This document shows, piece after piece, positions 51,113 to 61,429 of a stretch of DNA of 64,000 nt. The notes beneath the pieces were generated by a model, which ran no database searches, was not told where the DNA came from, and saw only the letters and a list, made by a program, of their open reading frames with translations. A program made the translations under genes and the position numbers. This DNA is from Lophium mytilinum (lineage: Eukaryota), in contig MU004192.1 in NCBI GenBank assembly GCA_010093605.1, positions 1,755,464-1,819,463 of the forward strand, in the 5' to 3' direction. Every line of letters begins with the position of its first letter. The stretch's first letter is position 1.

Positions 51113-51943
51113 TCATCATCGACGTAGCTCAGACTCCAGAGTGTATTTAGTGAGCGGTCGTAGACCGAGAGCTTGATCAACGAGTGTCTCGAGGTCACGA
51201 ATAGTGAGATTCCTCGCTTGAACGGGTATGTATACTTGAATAAGTTTGCTCCTTGAAGGCCGTAGAGTCGTGGTTCGGGGCGGACATTCTTGGTAGGACG
51301 AAGCCCTGGGAGTAGGCATATAGATGTTGCGCATGCTTTCTAGTTCACGATCTTCACTAAGCTGTCTAGCATTTTGCTGGCTTAACATTAGTAATGGAAA
51401 CTGGTGACTTGGATATTTTCGTACTCCTCTCATTTGTGACGCTCTCTATACGGCCGCGATGACTGATTCCAGCAGGTGTCGGAAGGCCTGGCATCTTGTG
51501 AACTCACGGAGCGGATAGTCGAGGTCAGAATGACAGTTGGTCGTCGAAATGAAAATATATCTTCACGGGATTAGCGAATGTTCTTCTATGATCTCCCGGC
51601 AGTCCTTGTTCCCTGTGCTACTAGAAAAAGCGCCATGAGATATATCTCAGTGCGCATTTCATTTGCCTCGTTTATTTTGCTGACGAGTTGCCGACCGAGC
51701 AACCCATTTACAGAAGATACAGCGGACTTGATAGGGAGCTACCGGGAGTGAAATATCAAAAATCAACTTTGAAAGGTCACAACCCGCGAGTGAGAGGCTT
51801 GCGAATCAAAGAGCAACAAGAGCACGTGACCGAGGACGGTGGCTGCAAAACTGATGGAAGGCGACGACTCCTTTTCATGTAACCTACTTTATCAATATCA
51901 CTTTTAAACAATTAGGATACAACCCGTCGATCCACGCGCTATT

Positions 51944-53992
51944 TTACGTCTTCACCACATTACTCTTCCTCGTCTCCGTCTTATAGCCCCTCTTGCTTCC
52001 GGTAACTTCGATCTGCAATTCCCTACACTTCCCACCTTCATAACTCACATCACAGCCCTGCTCTACCCAGAAAGGTTTGCCCTTGGGCCTCCCATCCACG
52101 ATCCATTGGGCCTCGAGCTTGACGCCCGGGTCCCAACGTCCTACGCTCGCCTTCTTTCCCGTAAGCGTCGGAGGCGCTTGTCTCGCCAAGGCGGCTCCAT
52201 GACCGCCCGTGGCCATCACGTCTACAAACTTGTTTCCGATTGCGATTGGAGTTGTGACTGAGGGCGGCAGCGGTGTCTTCCCATCTGGCGCATGGTCCTC
52301 GACCCACGTCTGCAGCATATCGAGGTAGTCCCAGATAGGGAGGAGGTTGTAGATGCCACCGTGCGGCTGACCTGCCAAATAGGTGAAGTTTGCCCAGCCG
52401 GGACCGCCCTTGGCCTCAACAGCTTTCTGGAACTCGGCCACTCCTTCATTGAGGAAATAGTCGTCATGCAAACCAACGTAGACATTGATTCTCTTCTTTA
52501 GGACTTCGCCGAGCTTCAACTTGCTATCCCAATTCGACGTGACCCAGTTGGCAAGATCAAACGGCTTCCAGAATTCTACCGCTTCGTGGTAAATCTCGCC
52601 AGTGACCTTATCCCAAGGCTCGAGTGGATAATTGTTGAGGCCCTGCACACCGAAGACAGCGTTCCATACATCCCACTGTCCGCCGATGGAGCGGGAAGAG
52701 GTGCCAAAGGTAAGCTCCCAGTGGTTCTCTTGCGCAACGGAGGCGAGATCAACCTGGGTGTTACCGTCGAAGTCTCGAATCGAGACGATTGGGGTACCGT
52801 TTGCTGTAAGGTAAGCATTCTTGTTTGTGTAGAGTGGAATATCCTGGTGGCGGTTGAAGCTGAGCGAATCGGGGTACGAGGAGAAGCAAACGCCAAAGAG
52901 ATCTGGGCGGTAGATAACAGATGCGATGGACTCCCAACCGCCGGTCGAACCACCTTGCTGGATACGGGCATAAGGTTTGGCAATGGTGTTGTAGATGGAA
53001 TCGAGGTGGGGAATCAGCTCTTCATTGATGGCGTCGCCCCAGGGGCCGATGTTGGCAGTGTTGACGGCGTAGGAGTCGTCGTAGAAAGCATTCTCATGGC
53101 GGAAAGTGACGAGAATCAGCTTGGGAGTGGCACGAGCCTCGGTGATGTTTGTGGCGGCGATGGTGCCCGTGTCCCAGGCTTCTGCAAAGGCTCCGTCGAG
53201 GTAGGTCGGGTAGTTGAACGCTCCTTTACCGGCAGGCCAGTGACCTTGGGCGTACACGACGGGGTAGCGTTTGCTCTTGTCCCCGGCGTCGTAGCCGTGT
53301 GGGAGTAGAACGTTGGCACCAACGTAGACATCGCGGTTCCACCAGTTGCTCAGCACGGTGCTGCGAATCTTGACATACTTGAGGAACTCGGTGTCTTCGT
53401 AGTTGCCTTGCTCACAGCCGCCGATCTCGTGACCGGTGAAGACTTCAGACTCTGTGACGTTGTTGAAGACGAGATGTTCGATTTGTCTCTTGCCAGTGAC
53501 GGTGATGTTGGCGAGAGACGTGATGGGAGTGCCGTATCCTCCAATTCCTGGCGCACCGTCGCCGCAAGGGAAGCGCACGCTCACTACGGAGCCGTCGGCG
53601 CGCACGGCTTTCTCGTAGATGTTCAAGAAAGCTTGGATGCTATAGTCGCCTGGTTCCACGTCGTCAATGCTAACGTTCCGCCAGCCAAAGACGCCGTAGT
53701 CCGTGGTGTCGTTGCTTCCTCCAGACAAGATGACGGGATGCTTGGTGCTGAGACCGAAGACGTTCTTGCCGAAGAAGTAGTTGGGCGAAGATGTCACGTC
53801 GGTGTCGTCCAGTGGATTAGTCCCCGCAGGCGCAAAGAGCAATTGCACATGGCCATCGGTAGCGCTCTTGAGAATGCCGTCTGCGACCGAGATGTGGACC
53901 TCGAGCTTGGGCTTGTGCTCCTTCTCGGTGGTCGGATGCGCAACAGCTGCGACGACGAGGAGCGCGGCAGAGAGAGTGTTTGTCCAATGCAT
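51944..53992 (-). CDS. Secreted, intronless esterase-family alpha/beta hydrolase (682 aa from MHWTN)
   Basis: Signal-like MHWTNTLSAALLVVAAVAHP; VLLPHGYD..KRYPVVY, ELIPHLD, QGGSTGGW nucleophile elbow, YVGLHDDYFL, GQPHG. Confidence 0.8.
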   Translation of the reverse strand: MHWTNTLSAALLVVAAVAHPTTEKEHKPKLEVHISVADGILKSATDGHVQLLFAPAGTNPLDDTDVTSSPNYFFGKNVFGLSTKHPVILSGGSNDTTDYGVFGWRNVSIDDVEPGDYSIQAFLNIYEKAVRADGSVVSVRFPCGDGAPGIGGYGTPITSLANITVTGKRQIEHLVFNNVTESEVFTGHEIGGCEQGNYEDTEFLKYVKIRSTVLSNWWNRDVYVGANVLLPHGYDAGDKSKRYPVVYAQGHWPAGKGAFNYPTYLDGAFAEAWDTGTIAATNITEARATPKLILVTFRHENAFYDDSYAVNTANIGPWGDAINEELIPHLDSIYNTIAKPYARIQQGGSTGGWESIASVIYRPDLFGVCFSSYPDSLSFNRHQDIPLYTNKNAYLTANGTPIVSIRDFDGNTQVDLASVAQENHWELTFGTSSRSIGGQWDVWNAVFGVQGLNNYPLEPWDKVTGEIYHEAVEFWKPFDLANWVTSNWDSKLKLGEVLKKRINVYVGLHDDYFLNEGVAEFQKAVEAKGGPGWANFTYLAGQPHGGIYNLLPIWDYLDMLQTWVEDHAPDGKTPLPPSVTTPIAIGNKFVDVMATGGHGAALARQAPPTLTGKKASVGRWDPGVKLEAQWIVDGRPKGKPFWVEQGCDVSYEGGKCRELQIEVTGSKRGYKTETRKSNVVKT

Positions 53993-54318
53993 ACCTAGGT
54001 ATTGACCTTCGCTCTCTGCAGGCGTCAATGGGTTTCGGCCTCAACCGGGTACCTGGGCCCAGGATCAACTTATACACGATTCCATGATGGGCCCCAGGTG
54101 GTATTCCAGGTACCATCGACGCACGCCCAGGCGCCATCAATGCTAGGGAAGGTGTCCGCGACGGAAACTAGGCGTCTCTAGGTTAGCTAAGGTACAAAGT
54201 ACGAGCCGCGTAGCTGCTTTAGGCAGGCGATAAGGTTTCCAAGACCGTTATCATCGCAAAGCCTCTCGCCGTCGCGAATAATAATCACCGATATTCTGCC
54301 CCGCCCTGCTGCTTAATA

Positions 54319-56026
54319 CAAAGGGCGCCGCCAGGTGCAGAATCACCTTCCAATAGCTGTAAGGGCCGTGCACGGCAGAATCTCTACCAATTGGAGCCAC
54401 CCCTGTTCACCGCCCTCCCCTTATTTTAAAGCGTGCAGATATAAATATTTACTCTTTTATACCTTTCTACTACGCCGGCGGGCGCTCTAAGGGGGCTAAT
54501 AATACCCCCTTAGCTATAAAAGCTACTATTATTACTATATACCTTTTCTTTTAATATATATTTATTTAAATTAAGTCTAAAACTAGTATAAATAACTTTA
54601 TAGCTAAGAGAATCTATACTAAAGTAAAAGAGAATACTAGAAATAAGAATTTCTATAATATACTTTAATCCCTTTTACCTAAATCTAACTAGCTAGATAG
54701 GTAGCTAAAGATTAAAAATAGAAGCGCTCTATTTTATAAGATTTAGTGTAATATTCTTTAATTTAAGAACTATAAATTCTATAAGGCTATAGCTTTTATA
54801 CTCTATACTACTAGTATAAAGATATACTAGGCTACTATTAAGAATATAGCTTATAAGTATTAAAATCCCCTCTACTTTAAGCCTATTATTTAAGAAGTTA
54901 GGCTCTATAAACTAGTACTTAATAATATCTAAAAAGAGGTTAGAAAGCTTTATACTTTCTAGCTAAAGAATACTATTTACTAAACTAAAGAAAAGGTTAT
55001 CTTTATCTATTCTAATAAATTACTAAAGTAATTTAGTCCTAGCTATTAAAAGAAAGGTAAAGCTAAGGTCTTAAGGCTATTAGAAGTAAATATAAATAAG
55101 TATACTATATCTAAGCTAGTAGCTAAGTTTAACCTATTATTTTAGGGCGCTATATACTTAGATAATTATATTCTAAGGCCCTATATTATATAGAAGCTAA
55201 AGTTTTAAGAGTAAAAGAATACTATTAAGAAGAAGCTTATTTAAGATAATAAAAATATAAAGAAAAAGGCTAAAAGATACTAAAGAAATACTAAAATTTA
55301 GGGGATAATAGAGAATAACTATATAAAGAAGGTAAATAATAAAATTAGAGAGAATAATAAGCGCCTTAAATAATAAGAAATTTAAAAGAAATAGTAGTAG
55401 CTATATAGACTAGATTAAAAGTATAAATATAAGATATTTACTTAAGAAAAAGATAAAGAAATAGATACTATCTAGTATACTAATAATATCTTAAAGCCTC
55501 TTCTTTACTTCTACTATAAAGTAGTAAAGAAGGTAAATTCTAATAAAGAGGTTTAGTTAATTAAGAATAATATACTACTCTACTACTCTATCTAAAGAAG
55601 GCTTTCTTATCTCTAGAAAGAAATTAGCATTCTCTTTATAAATTACCTCTTAAATTTACTAGATTTATACCTAATTAAGAGGTACTTTAGCTAGCTAAAT
55701 TATAAGGTTAACTACTATAAGATAAATAGCGCTTCTAGAGAGGCTAAGAACTAAGTAAAGAAGTAGTTAATAGAGATATAGTAAGAAAATAAAGATTTAG
55801 ATAAATATATTTTTAAAAGAGTCTATAATAATACCTTTAAAAATCTAGTAATACTATATAAAAATTATAATAGAAATAATAACTTTATAGAATAATAGTA
55901 TACTTTATTTTATAGATTATTAATAGAAATTAAATAAGTTATAGTAATTTAAATTTAAATATAGTACTTTGGTGTTCTAACCCCTGCGCTTACGTAAGGT
56001 AATTATGCACCTGGCCGCGCCCTTTA
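54319..56026. mobile_element. RIP-inactivated Tc1/mariner-superfamily DNA transposon (1708 bp)
   Basis: 31-bp TIRs CAAAGGGCGCCGCCAGGTGCAGAATCACCTT (54319-54349) and the reverse complement of 55996-56026 match at 27/31; TA flanks both ends; interior is very AT/TpA-rich with no ORF. Confidence 0.85.
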
Positions 56027-56638
56027 TAGGTCCGTTGAGTCCTATTGCAATACCCCATCAACGTTATTAACTAGAGGTATCGTGCGTGTGCAATATTTAG
56101 CGGCGAGCTTGTGAGACTTAGGAAGGGATATGCAAGGTTTATCTGAATGTCAAGCGTGCAAGCAAGCAACGCATCGCAGAATCCCGAAAGTAGATTAGGA
56201 GGATAACGGCTATTAGGGATATAGCCACGACGGTTTAGAGGACGTTCCCGGAGAAATGAAAATATCTAAAGTTTATAAGGGAGAAGGGAACACGGTGATA
56301 ACGGGCCGGAGGATGTTCGGAAGTATCTCAAGAGCGTAAGGGAGAGGGGAAGTAGGCGTCGGCCAGTTTCTCGAAGACCTCGAGGTGGAGGGCTGGAGCC
56401 GATCTAACCTTGTGGGCTGATAATCCGGAGTCGGCGAGGGCTAGGAGCTTGTTAACTTCGTTGTCGTTGGGGATCACCCGGAGGTGGATTTTCCTTGACG
56501 ATGGAGACGGCGCTAATTGTCACGAACTCTTTGATAGCAGCGGCGAAAAAAGAAGAGGTAGACGACGAACCCGCACATCACGAAGTCATGTTTGCAGTCA
56601 AGAGGTTTCAGGATTAAATGCATTAGATTTATGTCTTA

Positions 56639-56810
56639 TCCCACTGGCAACAGTAGGCAGCATCCCGTCGACAACGGCAGGCAAGGGTCCCATCGACGAC
56701 GGAAGATGGCAAATATCCCATCATCAATGACAGGCAAAGCCCTATTGGCAATAATAGGTAGATATCCCATCGGCAACGACAGGCCGATCCCACCAACCAT
56801 GGTAGGCAGA
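56639..56810 (+). repeat. Array A: 7 degenerate ~24-bp units TCCCAT-NN-GCAA-NNNN-AGGCAGA
   Basis: For example TCCCACTGGCAACAGTAGGCAG and TCCCATCGGCAACGACAGGCCGA. Confidence 0.8.
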
Positions 56811-56825
56811 TTTCAGCTCCGCCAA

Positions 56826-57728
56826 TCACTCCTCTACTGGCTCATCCTCAAACTCCGCACCAGGGTCCCAAAAACTGAGATCTTCCTGGAGCCATTCCGG
56901 GTCGTCATCTTTCACCGGGTCCATGGCCATTGTTTTCCGAATGAGCGCAGTTTCCCCACCCAGGAGCTCGATGGTTCGGACAAGATCCTCAATTTCCTGG
57001 TTTTGTGTTTGAACCATCTTCTCCCTGCGCCTCAGCTCTAGCCCTGCCTCCCGCCCAACCTCATGCCACCGTTTCAGGCTCTCGAGCCTAGCGGCGGCCC
57101 GGTTCCTTGCCTGATCCCGCTGGTGTCGTAGGCGGCGGATGACCTCCGAAGCTTGGGCGCCCTCAGCCTGGGTATCGAACGTCTCGTCCTCTGTAAGCGC
57201 TTGAAGCTGTCCTGGAACGGTGTTAGCAGTTTTGCGAGAGAAGGGAGGAGATGAATTACCCTTATGATATTCACGCTCCCGCTCGAGATCATCAATCCTG
57301 GAGTCCTTCGCTTCTGTCACAGCTTTGACGCGCGCATCAGATATCATCTGCGACAGCTTGTCGTTCGCTGCTCCTATTCGACTACTCGTCGAATCAGAAG
57401 AATCTATCTTCTCTCTTAAGCCCTCCAAAAGCACTAACTGGCGCTCGGCTTCATCCTCTAGCAGCCGGATCTTCTGTTCCGCGCTGAACTTCTCCTCGGC
57501 TCGGAGACTGACCATACTGTAGTCATCGAAAACATTCCTAATCGACCTGACATTTTCATCGACGGCGCGAGGTCGGGATCCCTTGGCGTTGCGATTCGAC
57601 ATGGTGGCGTTTTTGCGATGTTGGTACATGTTTTCAACCTCCCAATTCAAGTATTCGTAGCGACAATGCCAAGCCGGAAAGTTGATTCGCCGTGCCGAAC
57701 CGAGCCGACCATAATGGAAGTGCATCAC
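56826..57728 (-). CDS. Orphan coiled-coil protein (start uncertain)
   Basis: 300-aa open frame with heptad-like charged stretches (KIRLLEDEAERQLVLLEGLREKI) and an acidic C-terminus. Confidence 0.5.
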   Translation of the reverse strand: MMHFHYGRLGSARRINFPAWHCRYEYLNWEVENMYQHRKNATMSNRNAKGSRPRAVDENVRSIRNVFDDYSMVSLRAEEKFSAEQKIRLLEDEAERQLVLLEGLREKIDSSDSTSSRIGAANDKLSQMISDARVKAVTEAKDSRIDDLEREREYHKGNSSPPFSRKTANTVPGQLQALTEDETFDTQAEGAQASEVIRRLRHQRDQARNRAAARLESLKRWHEVGREAGLELRRREKMVQTQNQEIEDLVRTIELLGGETALIRKTMAMDPVKDDDPEWLQEDLSFWDPGAEFEDEPVEE

Positions 57729-57735
57729 ATGGGTG

Positions 57736-58726
57736 ATGGAGAAGGGGCAGCGGGTACCGCCTAGCTACAACAAGATATGTCTACGGTGTTGGCATAGGAA
57801 GAGGAACCATGGGCCTTGGGAGAAGTGCCAGGAGGAGTGCGCCATGTGTCGCATTATGGACACTGCGGGACGGCGTTGCCCAGAGTCGACGAAGTCGGAG
57901 AGCGGGTGGAAGAAGAGGACGGCGCCACCGGAATACTTCGTGAGTTTTGGAACCCTTCAACGACGCTTGAATCTCTAACTCAAGCATAGGATCGGACCGT
58001 GCCGCAAGTGCCTCAAGGGATGTACGCCTTTGGAGCGCCACAGGGAGCACCACAGCCGTCCGGCTCCACGCCGGAGCAGGTGATGGCTCTCTTGGAGCGG
58101 TTCGGTCAGCAGGGCCAAGAGCCTGTCTTCGGACCGTAGGGCTAAGGAGCCTCCCCGGCTGTCGCGCAGTCCGCGCAGCCGCTACAGGCAGCCCAAGTCT
58201 CGCGAGCCTCGCAAGGACAGCCGCCGCCGGTGGATAGGGAGGAGATGGAGAGGCTGAACGAGAGGGCGGAGGACTCGCTCGCGGAGGCGCGGAAAGAGCA
58301 TGAGGCGAGAGAGGCGGAGCAGGAGGCGGAGCGCGAGCCAGCGCTCGCTCGTGCCTTGAACCAGAGTGGGATCGAAGGCTTCGCGATCGCCGCCAAGAAG
58401 ATGGAGAACGCACTCCGGGTACAGGAGTGGCAGGACCAGCCACGACGCCAGTAGCCACCTCGTGTGGATGCCGAGGAGCGGAGGAAACGGGAGGATGATA
58501 TGAAAGCCGAGCTCGGGGAGCTTCACAAGCGGGCTGCGGAGAGGACGACGGCGAAAGAGGAGGCGGAATATGCGAAGGAGGAGCAGGAGAGAGTGGAGGC
58601 GGAGAGGAAGAAGGAAGAAGAGGAGAAGAAGGCGGGGAGGAGACCATGGCGGAAGAGAGGAAGCGGCATGATGCCAGGCGGATGGCCGAACATGAGAGGA
58701 GATTGGAAGAGAGGGATGGGGTGTGA
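57736..58726 (+). pseudogene. Decayed spliced gene: Cys/His zinc-knuckle-like exon plus Gln/Pro-rich and charged coiled-coil region
   Basis: CLRC..H..C..CAMC exon; GTGAGT..CTAAC..TAG intron ~57940-57989; exon 2 is interrupted only by TAG, TAA and TAG in a Gln-rich context (consistent with CAG/CAA to TAG/TAA); a late frameshift is inferred. Confidence 0.55.
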
Positions 58727-58735
58727 GTGCGTGTT

Positions 58736-58852
58736 TCGCCTGTCGTTGCCGATGGGACTATCTCTGTCATGGCTGATGGATTTTCTGCCTGCTGTTGCCA
58801 GTGGGATCTGCCTGTTATTGCCATTGGGATATGCCTGTCGTTACCGATGGGA
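58736..58852 (-). repeat. Array B: 5 units of the same ~24-bp motif, inverted relative to A
   Basis: Reverse complement reads TCCCATCGGTAACGACAGGCATA, TCCCAATGGCAATAACAGGCAGA, TCCCACTGGCAACAGCAGGCAGA and so on. Confidence 0.8.
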
Positions 58853-60119
58853 AATAGTTAGTTCTAGGGCGCACTCCAATGTGAGCTTGTGAAATGGGTA
58901 TGAAGCATTACATCGTGAAATTAGAACCATTGCGCTCCTCTCCGCCTCGCATTCATGTAGACCATCCCGATTGTTCATACCATCATATTTCGCGTCTGAT
59001 CGTCCGCTTGTGGGCCTTCCTGCCTGTGCAGGGTTGTGTCTTATACGTCTCTTGAATAGGGCAGGTGGTCAAATTTTGTCAAGACTGCACAGTCAAAGAC
59101 CAGCCCCGACTCCATTTTTTCATCCCCTCTCCAGAGATTCCGTCAAAATCAAAAGACGCATAGAAGGGAATGAATTGGAGTATAAAAGAGTACATAATCT
59201 AGCCTACATGTTCATGGGCTTACCTATACCTCGAGTCTCCGCACAGAGTAGTGGAGGCACATTCCGTATATGATTGTCCAATACCCACCGCATTCGCCTC
59301 GCCCAACCCCGAAAAGCACACATCCTTCTCAGGCTAAGTAACCACGGCGATGCACATCGCCAGCAGGCGTCGCCATAGAGTATACCCCTCCGCGTGAGGA
59401 GGGTCGGCATATGAAGGTTCCACGTTGAAATGGTGGTCGAGACAGCGTGTGGCGATTTGCAGATGAGTAGGGCGCGACGGTCGGAGGACTATAAAGGCAA
59501 GAGGCTGGGCGCCTCAGTAGTCGTAATTCTATAGCGAAGAGAGTATCAGCCGAGCGTTTGCATTGATGGAGTGGTGAATATTGATGGCATGAGGTGAAAA
59601 TCTCGGCGGGCGGGGATCAGGGGGATCGGCCGTGCTTGGCATGATGACTGTCCTCAGTCAACGACATTCCAAGGTTAGAGCGATCTCTCTTCTCTAGAAT
59701 ATGGTACGTCCAATTTTGAGCACTCGCATGGCTCACATTGTGCCCAGAATTTAGCGACAATCTGGGCCACCCTAGACAGTGCCGTTCGAACGTTCATTTG
59801 CTCTACAAGATCCTCGGATTTGAAAGGTCGAAGCTTACAGTCTGATTCAGACTGCAGATTCCAGCGTGCTAGACGACGCTCAAATCTGCAAGCCGCACTG
59901 TGCACGTTAAGCCTAGACTTTAAAGGCATTACCGAGGGCATTCAGACGGTTGCGCCCGAGGTTCATGTGCTGTGCTTCGCAGCTCCTATTCGAAAGGTCA
60001 GCTTGAAATAGTTGGAACCCGCGCTTATATCGACTCAAGTAGTCGATGGTGCTTCATGGGCGCAATGTGCAAAGCAGGTACGCAAATGTGGTCGAATGAT
60101 TGAAGATCTACAAAGCTAA

Positions 60120-60243
60120 CCCCAGACGCCGACCCAGGCAAAGCCCCACGCGCAGGCGTAGGCAGAGGTTCCATACGCAAGTATAGGCAGAAGTCCCATA
60201 CGCAAGTATAGGCAGAAGTCCCATACGCAAGTATAGGCAGTAG
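60120..60243 (+). repeat. Array C: 25-bp tandem repeat TCCCATACGCAAGTATAGGCAGAAG (3 near-perfect plus 2 degenerate units)
   Basis: Read directly from the sequence; same TCCCAT/GCAA/AGGCAG skeleton as arrays A and B. Confidence 0.85.
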
Positions 60244-60279
60244 AATATCCAAAAAACGCTCCTCGGCGAACTCATTCCA

Positions 60280-61251
60280 TCAAAGGGGAACCCAATAACC
60301 ACGATTCCTCCACGGAAGCTCAGGATCCCCGCCGGGAAGAACGAGCAAATATTCCCCTTCCTCCTTTTCTGTCCCATCTTGCTCCCTCTCCGCTTCTATC
60401 ACGACGCATGGTCGGGTTTTGCAAGCGACGCATGCTCGTTTTCGCTCCAAGCCCTCGGTCCACACCACAGGCGCCCTCCTGAGCGAAAGACTACCAAGGC
60501 ACCGGCCTCTCTTCTCCTCCGATATCAGCCATGGAGGCGTCCTGTCAGCTTTGAACTGGAGGTTTATGGCGTTGTTTAGCCAATCCTTATCCTTTTCGTC
60601 CAGTGCGCTGATATCCCTCTCCTTGCCTTCTCGCACAAGCAACCTCCTCGGAAGCTTATCAAAGACCTTTTGGTCAATCCTACGACCTGGAATGGCAACC
60701 TTGAGGGGCGGAGTGGTTCCGCTCGGCGTCTCCAGAGTGGGCGCGTCTGGCTGCGGGGATAGGCGTCCTGGACTGCTACAAAGACCTGAGTTAGCAACGC
60801 CAAACAGGATTAAGTGGCAGACCTACCTCGTCCTTGTCCTTCTCCTACTGCGCTTTGCTGGACGCCCCTCCGCGCCCTCCTCGGTCTCACTGTCATCATC
60901 TTCCAACAATTGCCCCATTGTTGGGCGAGGCGAGCTCGTACTTGCAGCCCCGAACGGTCTCTGCCCCACAAACGTACTGCCCCTGCGAGATCGCTCGCTA
61001 GTACCCTGTCCGCCTCGGACAGTCCTGTTGTGCAGTAAGCTCGAACCAGGGAGTGGGGCGCTCGAACGCTGCTCTGCGTTATGAGCCAGCTCCATAACTT
61101 GCCTGAGATGACTCGACGCTATCATGCGTGCCACTCGAGGGTGACATGCGGTCCTCATCCCCGCCAGCACGAAGCGGCGCACTCGGTCCTTGTCCTCATC
61201 AGCCGTCGGCTCCATGCTGATGTGTTGGTTGGTTGGCGTTGAACGAGCCAC
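60280..61251 (-). pseudogene. Fragmented orphan gene with C-terminal ACVACKTRPC motif
   Basis: Consecutive minus-strand ORFs in different frames; candidate 41-nt intron 60826-60786 with CTAAC branch site. Confidence 0.35.
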
Positions 61252-61429
61252 GCCCAGAATACGCAGAGAAGTAAAATGTGAGTTTAATCACGTGTTCAGG
61301 CTTGGCGCCGCACGGGACGTTATCGACTCAATTTCGCAACGCCTTCCCTTCCTTATCCACGGCCATCATGTGGTCCCAAATTACAAGGATAGAGATGTCA
61401 TCCTTGCCGCCGCAGCGGGAAAGAGGGGT

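Noticed and set aside
52586..53998. Plus-strand ORFs of 240 and 196 aa
   Set aside because: Antisense to the well-supported esterase-like gene; no motifs.
57781..58824. 347-aa Pro/Ser-rich minus-strand ORF
   Set aside because: Low-complexity mirror of the Glu/Arg-rich plus-strand pseudogene, which carries the splice signals.
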